Positions 32,858-42,279 of a DNA stretch of 47,502 nucleotides are shown here, piece by piece. A model generated the notes under the pieces. The model worked only from the letters and a program-made list of their open reading frames with translations. It ran no database searches and was not told the origin of the DNA. The translations under genes and the position numbers were made by a program. This DNA is from Candidatus Omnitrophota bacterium. Lineage in GTDB: Bacteria > Omnitrophota > Omnitrophia > Omnitrophales > Aquincolibacteriaceae. Positions within the stretch are counted from its first letter, which is position 1. Each line of letters begins with the position of its first letter. The stretch covers positions 1 through 47,502 of the forward strand of contig CAIJDY010000097.1 in the NCBI GenBank assembly GCA_903819565.1. Direction: 5' to 3'.

Positions 32858-33229
32858 ATGGATAAAAAAGAATTCTATAAGAAGTCCGAGAAGATCATCA
32901 ATGAGACCTTCGTGAAGGTGAAGTGGTACGCCAAGGTGGCGGCTGAAAAAGCGGGGGAAGCGGCGCATATCACCAAGCTGCTGCTCCAGAAGCTGACTTT
33001 GGAACACCAGTTGGCCAAACGCCTGTCTCAACTTGGCAGCAAGGTCTACCAAGAAGCGGTCCGCCAGGGGAAGGTGATCTCCCTCGAAGACGCCGAGATC
33101 AAAAAGATCGTGGAAGAGACCAAACAGCTGGACGCGCAGTTGGCGCAGGTCGAAGCGGCGCTTGAAGCCGAACAAAAGGGGCAGGCCCCGAAGGTTTCTC
33201 CGAGACGGAAGACGAAAGCGGCCTCGTAA
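32858..33229 (+). CDS. hypothetical coiled-coil protein
   Basis: 123 aa with heptad-rich, Lys/Glu/Ala-rich sequence (LLLQKLTLEHQLAKRLSQLGSKVYQEAV...QLDAQLAQVEAALEAEQ). No recognisable family. Confidence 0.5.
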   Translation: MDKKEFYKKSEKIINETFVKVKWYAKVAAEKAGEAAHITKLLLQKLTLEHQLAKRLSQLGSKVYQEAVRQGKVISLEDAEIKKIVEETKQLDAQLAQVEAALEAEQKGQAPKVSPRRKTKAAS

Positions 33230-33246
33230 TTTTGAAATAATTTCAC

Positions 33247-33327
33247 GCGAGCGTGGTGAAATGGCAGACACACCAGCTTGAGGGGCTGGCGCCGCAAGGC
33301 ATGGAGGTTCAAGTCCTCTCGCTCGCA
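33247..33327 (+). tRNA. tRNA-Leu (anticodon GAG), type II with long variable arm
   Basis: Hand-folded cloverleaf: acceptor GCGAGCG/CGCTCGC, 3-bp D stem GTG/CAC, anticodon stem CCAGC/GCTGG with loop TTGAGGG, variable arm GCCgcaaGGC, T arm GGAGG-TTCAAGT-CCTCT, discriminator A. CCA is not encoded. Confidence 0.9.
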
Positions 33328-33403
33328 TTACTTCTAAAATGGATTATGGATGGCGCCTGAATCCCGCCAGCATCCCTGATTCTTTACCTCGTGTGGAGAA
33401 AGA

Positions 33404-34774
33404 ATGATCCCAGCCCATATTTTCAGAGAGTACGATATTCGCGGCATCGCAGGCAAGGAACTGACGGAAGAAGTCGCTCTTGCCATCGGCAAGGCGTTCG
33501 GCACGGTTCTGGTCCGTGAGGGCAGAAAGGCTATCGCGATCGGGCATGATCACCGCTGGAGCGCGGAATTTCTTTACCGCGGCCTCTCAGACGGTCTTCA
33601 GAGCTGCGGTCTTACGGTCCTTCAGATCGGGCTCGTCACCACCCCGCTCGTCTATTTTTACGTGACCCACAACAAGCTGGACGCCGGTATTTCGCTGACC
33701 GGTTCCCACAACCCCGCAGACGAGAACGGGTTCAAATTCCACCACTCCGGGCATTCCTTTTACGGGAAAGATATCCAGGGGCTGCGCGAGATCATCGAGA
33801 AGAACGATTTTGTGACCGGCCAGGGGAAGGTGGAGCGCCCGGACCATGACGCTCTCGTGAAAGCCTACCAGGACTACATTTTTAACGGCTTCAAATTCAA
33901 GAAAAAGCTCAAGGTCATTTTGGACACCGGCCACGGCATGGCGACAGTGACGGCGCCCGCGCTGATCCGCCGCTTCGGGCATGACGTTACGGTCCTTTAC
34001 GAGAACTTGGACCCCATGATGCCGGACCATTTGGCCGACCCTTCCGTACCCGCCAATCTGAAGGACCTCCAGAAGAAGGTCGTCGCAACAAAAGCGGATA
34101 TCGGGATCGCTTTCGACGGGGACGCCGACAGGATCGGGGTGGTGGATGAAAAAGGGCAGATCATTTTCGGCGACAAGCTCCTTTTGCTCTATGCCCGTGA
34201 GATCCTGACGCGGAAGCCGGGCGCGATCATTATCGGGGACGTGAAAAGCTCCAAACAGATTTATGACGACATCGCCAAGCGCGGCGGTAAACCGCTCATG
34301 TGGAAGACCGGCCATTCGCTCATCAAGGCGAAGATGAAGGAAACACACGCGGAAATGGCGGGGGAGATGAGCGGGCACATGTTCTTCAACGACCGGTGGC
34401 TCGGTTTCGACGACGCGGTCTACGCGGCCTGCCGTATCCTCGAGATCCTGGACAAGGCGACCGCTCCGTTCTCGTCACTTCTGGCGGACGTTCCCCAACT
34501 GATCTCGACGCCCGAGATACGCTTTGACTGTCCGGAAGAGATCAAATTCAAAGTGGTGGCGCGGGCGGTCGCGGACCTGAAGAAAAAATACGATGTTGTG
34601 GACATCGACGGCGCGCGGGTCCAGTTCCCGGACGGGTGGGGTCTGGTGCGGGCGTCGAACACGCAACCCGTGCTCGTGATGCGCTTCGAGGCCCAGACCC
34701 AAAAGCGGCTCGATGAGATCCGGTCTATCATTGAGACCGAGATCAAGACCGTGATGAGTGAGATGCACGGATGA
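33404..34774 (+). CDS. manB: phosphomannomutase/phosphoglucomutase
   Basis: Active-site loop SLTGSHNPADENGFK, metal loop AFDGDADRIGV and GEMSGHMFF. 456 aa. Confidence 0.88.
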   Translation: MIPAHIFREYDIRGIAGKELTEEVALAIGKAFGTVLVREGRKAIAIGHDHRWSAEFLYRGLSDGLQSCGLTVLQIGLVTTPLVYFYVTHNKLDAGISLTGSHNPADENGFKFHHSGHSFYGKDIQGLREIIEKNDFVTGQGKVERPDHDALVKAYQDYIFNGFKFKKKLKVILDTGHGMATVTAPALIRRFGHDVTVLYENLDPMMPDHLADPSVPANLKDLQKKVVATKADIGIAFDGDADRIGVVDEKGQIIFGDKLLLLYAREILTRKPGAIIIGDVKSSKQIYDDIAKRGGKPLMWKTGHSLIKAKMKETHAEMAGEMSGHMFFNDRWLGFDDAVYAACRILEILDKATAPFSSLLADVPQLISTPEIRFDCPEEIKFKVVARAVADLKKKYDVVDIDGARVQFPDGWGLVRASNTQPVLVMRFEAQTQKRLDEIRSIIETEIKTVMSEMHG

Positions 34775-35889
34775 AGTGGGCGGTCCCAAGACCCATCGAT
34801 GCAACCCTCCGGGGAAAAAAATCAAATGCCTGGGCAGTGATCATGGCCGGCGGGAGCGGAACCCGCTTCTGGCCGGAAAGCCGGAAACATCTTCCCAAGC
34901 AATTCCTCAATCTCCTCGGCCCCCAAACCCTTCTCGAACAAACGTTCCGGCGCCTCCTGAAGGTCGTTCCTGCCTCGCGCATCCTCGTTTTTACCGCCCG
35001 GGAAAAAGCCCGCGCGACGGCGAAATTGCTCGGGATCCCGGGAACGCAGGTGATCGGCGAACCCGTCGGGCGGAATACCGCTCCTTGCGCGGCGTGGGCC
35101 GCTTCGTATGTCCTCAAAAAAGATCCTTCCGCGGTCCTCGGCATTTTTCCGGCGGACCACTACATCGGGGACACCAAGACTTTTGCCCGTGTTGTGCGCG
35201 TGGCCTTTGAACAGGCGGAAGAAAAGGGCGTGCCTGTGACGCTCGGCATCCAACCGGTCGGGGCGCATACGGGATACGGTTATCTGGAAAGAGGCGACTC
35301 GGCAGGGACGGTCCGAGGGACCCGGGTTTTTTCGCTCAAGCGGTTCTGTGAAAAACCCGAACGCGCCGTGGCCGAGAGGTATTTCCGGTCGGGGAAATTT
35401 ATGTGGAACGCCGGGATCTTTGTGTGGCGGGCTGATTGCCTTTTGGAGACCACGCGGCGTTATCTTCCGGCTGTTTTCAAGGCGGTCGTGAAGATCACGA
35501 TGGACGGGCTTTCTCCCGTGGCGATCGGGCGGCTTTTTAAAAAAGTGCCGCACATCTCGATCGATTACGGATTGATGGAAAAGCTCCGGGGAACGATCTT
35601 GATGATCCCGGTCTCCATGGGCTGGAACGATGTCGGGAACTGGGCGACGCTCAGGGATCTGCTCCCGCGCGACGGAAAGGGGAATGTCGCGCTCGGAAAA
35701 ACGCTTTTGGTCGAAAGTTCCGGGAATGTCGTGAAAGGCAGGGACCGGTTGATCGCTACGGTGGGTCTGAAGGACCATGTGGTCGTGGACTCGGGCGACG
35801 CGATCTTGGTTTGCCCGATGCACGCGACGGAATCCATCCGCAAGATCGTGGCCGTGCTGAACCAAAAAAAGCTGGACCGCTTTCTCTAG
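34771..35889 (+). CDS. manC: mannose-1-phosphate guanylyltransferase
   Basis: IMAGGSGTRFWPESRKHLPKQF nucleotidyltransferase motif, PADHYI and GYGYLE. Its ATG overlaps the manB stop (ATGA). An in-frame GTG at 34837 is an alternative start. Confidence 0.8.
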   Translation: MKWAVPRPIDATLRGKKSNAWAVIMAGGSGTRFWPESRKHLPKQFLNLLGPQTLLEQTFRRLLKVVPASRILVFTAREKARATAKLLGIPGTQVIGEPVGRNTAPCAAWAASYVLKKDPSAVLGIFPADHYIGDTKTFARVVRVAFEQAEEKGVPVTLGIQPVGAHTGYGYLERGDSAGTVRGTRVFSLKRFCEKPERAVAERYFRSGKFMWNAGIFVWRADCLLETTRRYLPAVFKAVVKITMDGLSPVAIGRLFKKVPHISIDYGLMEKLRGTILMIPVSMGWNDVGNWATLRDLLPRDGKGNVALGKTLLVESSGNVVKGRDRLIATVGLKDHVVVDSGDAILVCPMHATESIRKIVAVLNQKKLDRFL

Positions 35890-35936
35890 TACGGTACCCG
35901 CGTATCTCATCATTAAATCATGAAAAGGAAACGATC

Positions 35937-36770
35937 ATGAGCATTTATCAAGCCGCTGTGTTAGGCATCGTCCAGGGTTTTACGGAATTTCTACCGATCT
36001 CCAGCTCCGGACATTTGGTCCTGTTCCAGACCCTTTTCAACATGAAAGAGCCCATGATGGCGTTCGACGTCGCTTTGCATGGCGCGACGCTGCTCGTCGT
36101 GGGGGTTTATTTCTGGAAGGACATCGCGGATGTTTTGGCGGATTTCTGGAGCAGTGTCACGGGCCGGGTCTCGAAAAAGGATGTTCTTTCCTCCGCGATC
36201 CAGGCGCCGCATTCGGGACTTTGGGTTTGTATCCTGATCACGATGATCCCGACGGGGATCATCGCGGTTGTTTTTAAGAAGTTCTTCGAGGCCCATTTCT
36301 CTCAATTGATCTTTGTGGCGGTCCGATGGCTGATCATGGGGACCCTGTTCATCCAGAGCCAGCGTTTTCAAAAAGGAAAAAAAGACCTGTCGGTGATCAG
36401 CTACGGCGACGCCTTCTGGATCGGGCTGGTGCAGGGCATCGCGCTCATGCCGGGCGTTTCAAGGTCCGGAAGCACCATCCTGATCGCGTTGTGGCTCGGC
36501 TACCAGAAAGAAACCGCCGCGAAATTCTCCTTTTTGATCTCCATTCCGGCCATTTTGGCGGCGATGGCGATGGAACTGCGCCATGGCCGCCATTTCTTTT
36601 CGGCGCATACGGCCCCGACCATGGTGGGATTTTTAGCCGCGGCCGTGACGGGATATATCGCCATCCGGTGGCTTATGAACCTGGTCCAGAAAGGCCGTTT
36701 TTATCTTTTTGGCTACTACTGCATCGCGATCAGCCTTTTCACGTTCACGTTTTTGCTCCTTTCGAAATAG
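35937..36770 (+). CDS. uppP: undecaprenyl-diphosphate phosphatase
   Basis: MSIYQAAVLGIVQGFTEFLPISSSGHL and PGVSRSGSTI signature motifs. 277 aa, polytopic. Confidence 0.9.
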   Translation: MSIYQAAVLGIVQGFTEFLPISSSGHLVLFQTLFNMKEPMMAFDVALHGATLLVVGVYFWKDIADVLADFWSSVTGRVSKKDVLSSAIQAPHSGLWVCILITMIPTGIIAVVFKKFFEAHFSQLIFVAVRWLIMGTLFIQSQRFQKGKKDLSVISYGDAFWIGLVQGIALMPGVSRSGSTILIALWLGYQKETAAKFSFLISIPAILAAMAMELRHGRHFFSAHTAPTMVGFLAAAVTGYIAIRWLMNLVQKGRFYLFGYYCIAISLFTFTFLLLSK

Positions 36771-36771
36771 C

Positions 36772-37950
36772 ATGAAGACCGTACGCTGTCTTCTGGCCCC
36801 CGGCAAGGAAAAACCTGTCCTCCACCGTCATCCCTGGATCTTTTCCGGCGCGGTCGATCAGATCGAAGAAGGCTACGCCGCCGGCGATCTGGTGCGCGTG
36901 CTTTCCTCCAGGGAAGAATTCCTCGGGATCGGTTATCTGAATCCCGAGTCCCAGATCGTGGTGCGGATGCTGGCGTTCGAAGACGTCGCGATCGACGAGG
37001 CTTTTTTCGACCATAAGATCGCCCAGGCGGCCGCCCTACGCCAGAAATTCCTGCCGCCGGCGACGAACGCTTACCGTCTGGTCCACTCGGAAGGGGATTT
37101 TTTGCCGGGCTTGATCGTGGATGTGTACGGGGATTTTCTGGTCGCCCAATTTCTGACGGCCGGAATCGAAGCCTGGAGAGGGGCGATCGTGCAGAGCCTC
37201 CGGAAACAATTTCCTGCCTGCGGGATCTTCGAGAAAAGCGATTCGGACCTCCGGAAATGGGAAGGGCTGCAGCGTTCCGTGGGTGTGCTCGCGGGCGATG
37301 AACCGCCGGAAACGGTGGAGATCCTGGAGAACGGGATCTCGTTCGGCGTGGACCTCCGGGGCGGGCAAAAGACGGGATTTTTCCTGGACCAGCGCGAAAG
37401 CCGCGCGGCCGTCCGGGATCTGAGCGCAGGGAAGCGGGTTCTCAATTGTTTCGCCTACACGGGCGGCTTTTCTATTTACGCCGCTAAAGGCGGGGCCCAG
37501 GAAGTGGTCTCCGTGGAATCCTCGGAATCAGCAGTCGAACTGGGTCGGAAGAATTGCCTGAGGAACCAGGTGGAGGACAAGCGATCGGTTTGGGCCCAGC
37601 AGGATGTTTTTGATTATCTTCGCGCGACGAACCGTGAATTCGACCTGATCATTCTCGACCCGCCGGCATTTTGCAAAAATAAACAGCAGATCCAGCAGGC
37701 GGCGCGCGGATACAAGGACATCAACCTGCAGGCCTTGAAACTGGTCTCCAAAGGCGGGTTGCTTTTTACGTTTTCCTGCTCTTCCTATATCTCTCCTGAC
37801 CTTTTCCAGAAGATCCTTTTCGGGGCGGCGGCGGATGCCAGGCGCGACGTGCGGATCCTCCGGAAGACGTCCCACGCATTCGATCATCCGATCAACGTCT
37901 ACCATCCCGAGGGCGAATATTTGAAGGGATTTCTCTGCGAGGTGAGTTGA
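36772..37950 (+). CDS. rlmI: class I SAM-dependent 23S rRNA (cytosine-C5) methyltransferase, RlmI-like
   Basis: PUA-like N-terminus (HPWIFSGAVD), YRLVHSEGDFLPGLIVDVYGDFLV, QKTGFFLDQRE, LNCFAYTGGFS and ILDPPAF. Confidence 0.8.
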   Translation: MKTVRCLLAPGKEKPVLHRHPWIFSGAVDQIEEGYAAGDLVRVLSSREEFLGIGYLNPESQIVVRMLAFEDVAIDEAFFDHKIAQAAALRQKFLPPATNAYRLVHSEGDFLPGLIVDVYGDFLVAQFLTAGIEAWRGAIVQSLRKQFPACGIFEKSDSDLRKWEGLQRSVGVLAGDEPPETVEILENGISFGVDLRGGQKTGFFLDQRESRAAVRDLSAGKRVLNCFAYTGGFSIYAAKGGAQEVVSVESSESAVELGRKNCLRNQVEDKRSVWAQQDVFDYLRATNREFDLIILDPPAFCKNKQQIQQAARGYKDINLQALKLVSKGGLLFTFSCSSYISPDLFQKILFGAAADARRDVRILRKTSHAFDHPINVYHPEGEYLKGFLCEVS

Positions 37951-38086
37951 CGGGATTTATCGTAGATTTTGAGTGATTTTTTGGGGGGGAATATGGTAAA
38001 GTCTTCCTAAGCGAGTATGAAATTTCTTAAGCCATAGCTAAGCGGTTGGCCTTTTTTAGTTCGAAGGCGCGATCGGAGGGGAGTTC

Positions 38087-39106
38087 ATGAGCCTTATTTC
38101 GCAGTGGATGATCAAAGAAGTTCGGACGGTTTCCCCCGACCAGACCGTGCTTGACGCCTGTCTTGTGATGAAACAATACAAGATCGGCTGCGTGGTTGTG
38201 ACCGAGGATAAGAAGCCCGTCGGGATGTTCACGGAACGGGATATGGTCACGCGCGTGGGCGCCGGGGGGATGGACGTGAAAAAGACCCTGGTCAAGGATG
38301 TCATGAGCTCCCAGTTGATCACCGCGACGACGGCGACACAGGCCGATCAGCTCTACAGCATGATGCGCGCCCGCGAGATCCGGCACCTGCCGATCGTGGA
38401 AAAGGACGTCCTCCTGGGGATCATTTCGATTCGTGACCTCGTGAGGTTCCACATGCAAACGGTGGACAAGACCATCCTCGATCTCAGCAACGAGCTGAGC
38501 TTTATCCGCGGGGTTCTGGACGAATCGGGAGAAGAGCGCGTGAAGTCGCTTTATTTCGAGACCAAAAAGCTGGAAGCCCTGGTGGTCAAAGACAGTCTGA
38601 CGGGGCTTTACAATTACCGCTTCTTCCAGGAAACCATTGTTGACGAGATCGCCCGCGCCAAAAAATTCGGTTATCCCTTGAGCCTGCTGTTCATCGATAT
38701 CGACGATTTCAAATTCTACAACGACAAGAACGGCCACGAGGCTGGCAACACCCTCCTGAAACAGCTAGCGGACCTTTTGCGCCGGACTTCTCGCACGACG
38801 CGTCTTTCGAACCCTTCGCAGATGGCCGCGGGCAACGACACGGTTGCGCGGTACGGGGGCGAAGAATTCGTCATCATTCTTCCCGAGACCGACAAAAAGG
38901 GCGCCTTCATCAAAGCCAACCGTATCATGAACGACGTCCGGAATTATTCTTTCGCTAACAAAGAGAAACAGCCCAGCGGCAACCTGACCGTGTCGATCGG
39001 CATCGCGGAATTTCCCTCGGAAGGGGCCAACTGGGACGAGATCGTGCGGAAGGCCGACGAATCTTTGTACAAGGCCAAATACGCCGGCAAAGATCAGTGC
39101 CTGTAG
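38087..39106 (+). CDS. diguanylate cyclase with tandem CBS domains (CBS-CBS-GGDEF)
   Basis: CBS pair (VSPDQTVLDACLVMKQYKIGCVVV..., HLPIVEKDVLLGIISIRDL). GGDEF domain with DSLTGLYNYRFF, FIDIDDFKFYND and an active-site RYGGEEF. Confidence 0.85.
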   Translation: MSLISQWMIKEVRTVSPDQTVLDACLVMKQYKIGCVVVTEDKKPVGMFTERDMVTRVGAGGMDVKKTLVKDVMSSQLITATTATQADQLYSMMRAREIRHLPIVEKDVLLGIISIRDLVRFHMQTVDKTILDLSNELSFIRGVLDESGEERVKSLYFETKKLEALVVKDSLTGLYNYRFFQETIVDEIARAKKFGYPLSLLFIDIDDFKFYNDKNGHEAGNTLLKQLADLLRRTSRTTRLSNPSQMAAGNDTVARYGGEEFVIILPETDKKGAFIKANRIMNDVRNYSFANKEKQPSGNLTVSIGIAEFPSEGANWDEIVRKADESLYKAKYAGKDQCL

Positions 39107-39267
39107 TGATGGATAGCCGGTTTTAAATTTTCTTTCCTGAAGTTCTACTCGGATCGCCCCTTCGAAGTTTGCCCCCTCGTTTTCCAGAAACAATGATCCT
39201 CCGGCAGGATCCGTAAAAAATCCGATTCGCCACGGCGGTGTCCTACGCAAAAATTGCGCGAAGATCT

Positions 39268-40245
39268 TTAGGGAAGCAGGACGACTTTGAGGGAATTTTT
39301 GGCTTCGGCGACGAGCCGGAAGCCTTCCTGGACTTTTTCGAGCGGAAGTTTGTGGGTGATGAGATCTTTCATGTCGACCTTGCCCGAGGAGATCAGCGTG
39401 ATCGCCTTTGCGAGATCTTCCGGGGCGGCGCCGTAAGATGAGGTGACCGTCATTTCGTTCCGCCAGAAATCGACGGTCGGAAGCTGGATGTCGGTTTCCG
39501 GGATCGCGAAAAGAAGGAGCGTCCCTTTCCGGTCGAGCGACTGGAAGGCTTGCCCGAGAGCCGGGAGCGCGCCGGTGCAAAGAATAACCTTCTCCGCTTT
39601 CAGGGAAGGAAGGTCCTTGGGGTGGTAGATCTCGTCCGCTCCGTATTGCTTGGCTTTTTTGAGGCGGGACTCGTCCATGTCGGTCGCGATGATCCTGGCG
39701 CCCGTCAACCGGGCGACCTGGATGTTCATCAATCCGGAGACGCCGCTGCCGAGGATCAGGACGGTCTGTCCCTTTTTTACCTGGATGACCTGTTGCCCCC
39801 GGAGGACGCAGGCGAGCGGCTCGATCATCGTCCCTTCCTCGTAGGACATGTTTTCGGGCAGGACGTAAGTTCCGTGAACGACATTGATCTTCGGGACGCG
39901 GATGAATTCGCTGTAGCCGCCCGGATCGTAATTCCCGGTGTGCAGGGTCTCGCAGGCCGTGTGGTGGCCGTTAGCGCAGAACTTGCACTGGAAGCAGGGG
40001 ACGTGGTGACTGACAAAAACGCGCTGGCCGGGCTTGTACTGCGGGGCATTCGACTTGACGATCTCGCCGCTGATCTCGTGGCCCAGGATCCGCGGGGCTT
40101 TCTTGATCCGGTACCATTCCATGACGTCTGTCCCGCAGATCCCGCTGGCTTTGACTTTGACGAGGATCTCGCCATCGCCGATCTCGGGGATGGGCCGGTC
40201 TTCGAGCCTGACATCGTTATTGCGGTAATAGACGGCGACGCGCAT
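39268..40245 (-). CDS. zinc-dependent medium-chain alcohol/polyol dehydrogenase
   Basis: GICGTDVMEW, GHEISGEIV, the structural-zinc cysteine cluster CFQCKFCANGHHTAC, and the GSGVSG Rossmann motif. Confidence 0.8.
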   Translation of the reverse strand: MRVAVYYRNNDVRLEDRPIPEIGDGEILVKVKASGICGTDVMEWYRIKKAPRILGHEISGEIVKSNAPQYKPGQRVFVSHHVPCFQCKFCANGHHTACETLHTGNYDPGGYSEFIRVPKINVVHGTYVLPENMSYEEGTMIEPLACVLRGQQVIQVKKGQTVLILGSGVSGLMNIQVARLTGARIIATDMDESRLKKAKQYGADEIYHPKDLPSLKAEKVILCTGALPALGQAFQSLDRKGTLLLFAIPETDIQLPTVDFWRNEMTVTSSYGAAPEDLAKAITLISSGKVDMKDLITHKLPLEKVQEGFRLVAEAKNSLKVVLLP

Positions 40246-40269
40246 GGTTTTTTACGACCTAAGCAACAA

Positions 40270-40347
40270 TGTCATTCCCGCATGCAGTAAACGGGAATCC
40301 ATGTTTGGGTTATGTTGGATCCCCGATAAAAGCACTCGGGGATGACA
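40270..40347 (+). repeat. double-hairpin miniature palindromic repeat, copy 3
   Basis: tgtcATTCCCGcatgcagtaaaCGGGAATccatgtttgggttatgttggATCCCCGataaaagcactCGGGGATgaca, in the spacer between two co-oriented minus-strand genes. Confidence 0.8.
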
Positions 40348-40358
40348 AAAAGACGTTA

Positions 40359-41165
40359 TCACTTTTTACGGGGTTTGGCGCTGTGTTTGGCGTCAGAAAA
40401 AATGGCAAAGGCTTCTTTGGCCGTGGCGTTCTTGTGGACGATCGCGTTCAGGGCTTGAGCCATGGGCACCGGGTTCGGGTTCTGCCAGACGTTCCGGCCG
40501 AGGTTAATCCCGACGGCGCCCTTTTGCATACCGTCCGCGACGAATTCCAGGACTTCCAGGTCGGTCTCGCACTTCGGGCCGCCGGCCATGACGACCGGGA
40601 CCGGGCAGCCTTTGACCACTTTGTCAAAATCCTTTTCGCACCAGTACGTTTTCACGACGCGCGCGCCGAGTTCCGCGGCGATGCGGCAGCAAAGCCCGAG
40701 GTACCGGGCTTCGCGTTTTTCCATTTCTTTTCCCACGGCGGTAACCGCCATCACCGGGACACCGAAATCCTCGCACTGATTGACGAGTTCCGTGAGATTA
40801 TTGAGCGTCTCTTTTTCATAATCGCTTCCGATGAAAACAGACACGCCGACCGCCGCGACGTTCAGGCGGAGGATCTCTTCGATCGAGGTCGTGACGATCT
40901 CGTCGGCAAGGTCATGACCGACCATGCTGGTACCGCCGGAAACCCTCAGGATGATCGGTTTTTCGAGATCCGCGGGGATCGCCGCGCGCAACGTGCCGCG
41001 GGTGCAGAAGAGCGCGTCAAAATAGGGGACAAGCGGTTTGACCGTTTCCCACGGTTTTTCAAGCCCGGTGGTCGGTCCCTGGAAATAGCCGTGATCGATC
41101 GGCATGAAAAAACATCGGCCGTTCGGCATGAGTCGGTTCAAGCGGTTCTTCATTCCCCAGTCCAT
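40359..41165 (-). CDS. DhnA/LsrF-family class I aldolase (3-hydroxy-5-phosphonooxypentane-2,4-dione thiolase-like)
   Basis: MDWGMKNRLNRL...MPIDHGYFQGPTTGLE, AVTAVGKEM, AAELGARVVKTY and GINLGRNVWQ run collinear with E. coli LsrF as I remember it. Confidence 0.75.
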   Translation of the reverse strand: MDWGMKNRLNRLMPNGRCFFMPIDHGYFQGPTTGLEKPWETVKPLVPYFDALFCTRGTLRAAIPADLEKPIILRVSGGTSMVGHDLADEIVTTSIEEILRLNVAAVGVSVFIGSDYEKETLNNLTELVNQCEDFGVPVMAVTAVGKEMEKREARYLGLCCRIAAELGARVVKTYWCEKDFDKVVKGCPVPVVMAGGPKCETDLEVLEFVADGMQKGAVGINLGRNVWQNPNPVPMAQALNAIVHKNATAKEAFAIFSDAKHSAKPRKK

Positions 41166-41245
41166 GAGCGCTCTCCTTTTTTTAAAATGATGTCCGTGAG
41201 GGGAGAATTATACCGATAAAGCCCCGCAAGGTCATGTCCTCTTTT

Positions 41246-41767
41246 TCACGGATGGAAACCAATTCGGCGGGCTGGTTTTGACGGGGGGGACATCATCTGG
41301 CGGATGGCCGTGACGATATCCCGGATCGCCTCATCATGAGAGTCTATTTTCCGTTCCAATGCGGCGAGTTTGTGCATCAAGGCCTTGTTTGTGGAAAGGA
41401 TCTCCCGTAAGCGGATGAATGTCCGGACGATCGAAAGGCTCACCTCGACCGCTTCGGTGCTATGGAGTACGTTCGCCAGCATCAAGGCGCCGTGTTCCGT
41501 AAAGGCGTAAGGCAGAACGGGTGAGAATTTCAGGAGTTTGAGGTGGTCACAGTTTGTGACCACCTCGTTTTTTTCACGAAGGGTCAGGCGGAAGACAAAA
41601 TCTTGCGGGAAACGTCTCTCGTTGCGCCTGACCGCTTGATTAAGGGCCTTGGTCGGCACTTTATAAAGGCGTGCCAGATCATGATCGATCATGATCCTTT
41701 GCCCCCTGAGCATCAGGATTTGAGCGGCGATCTGTTCCGGAGGTATAAGGGCGGTTTCTTTTTTCAC
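41246..41767 (-). CDS. ORF6N-domain (KilA-N-like DNA-binding) protein, paralog A
   Basis: IMIDHDLARLYKVPTKALNQAVRRNERRFPQDFVFRLT, YAFTEHGALMLANVL, a C-terminal coiled coil and the tail RRIGFHP. Confidence 0.7.
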   Translation of the reverse strand: MKKETALIPPEQIAAQILMLRGQRIMIDHDLARLYKVPTKALNQAVRRNERRFPQDFVFRLTLREKNEVVTNCDHLKLLKFSPVLPYAFTEHGALMLANVLHSTEAVEVSLSIVRTFIRLREILSTNKALMHKLAALERKIDSHDEAIRDIVTAIRQMMSPPSKPARRIGFHP

Positions 41768-42279
41768 GGATGGAATCCGATCCGGCGCTTGGGTTTCGCG
41801 GGAGGGGCCAGGAGATCGCGCAAAGCGTCAAAAACGACCCTGAATTGGCCGTCATATTTCTGTTCCATGGCCTCGATCTTTTTCTTGAGTCCCTTGTGGG
41901 TCTCCAGCATGTGACGTAGTCTTGAAAAAGTCCGCATAATTTGGATATTGACTTGGATGGCCCGCTCGCTATTCAGAACGCTTGAAAGCATTAGAATCCC
42001 GTGTTCTGTGAAGGCGTAAGGTCTTTGCCGGATTCCCATTTTCTCTCGATTGGATATCACAATTTGTGATATCCAAATTTTCATCTCCTGCTCGTTCAAT
42101 TGAAACATAAAATCTATCGGAAAGCGCCGCGGGTTCCTTTTGACAGCCTGATTCAAAGCTCTCGTTTCAACTTCGTAAAGGGAGGCCAAATTACGATCCA
42201 GCATGACCTTTTGGCCACGAATAAATAAGATATTCTTTTCGATCTTTTCATTTAGAACCATGGTTTGTTTGGTTTCCAT
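41764..42279 (-). CDS. ORF6N-domain protein, paralog B (lower GC)
   Basis: VMLDRNLASLYEVETRALNQAVKRNPRRFPIDFMFQLN, YAFTEHGILMLSSVL and the tail RRIGFHP. 4-nt overlap with paralog A. An AT-rich promoter region lies upstream at 42280..42345. Confidence 0.7.
   Translation of the reverse strand: METKQTMVLNEKIEKNILFIRGQKVMLDRNLASLYEVETRALNQAVKRNPRRFPIDFMFQLNEQEMKIWISQIVISNREKMGIRQRPYAFTEHGILMLSSVLNSERAIQVNIQIMRTFSRLRHMLETHKGLKKKIEAMEQKYDGQFRVVFDALRDLLAPPAKPKRRIGFHP

Noticed and set aside
40269-41219. 316-aa + strand ORF
   Set aside because: It starts inside the miniature repeat and runs antisense to the LsrF-like aldolase gene. Its composition is that of a shadow ORF.
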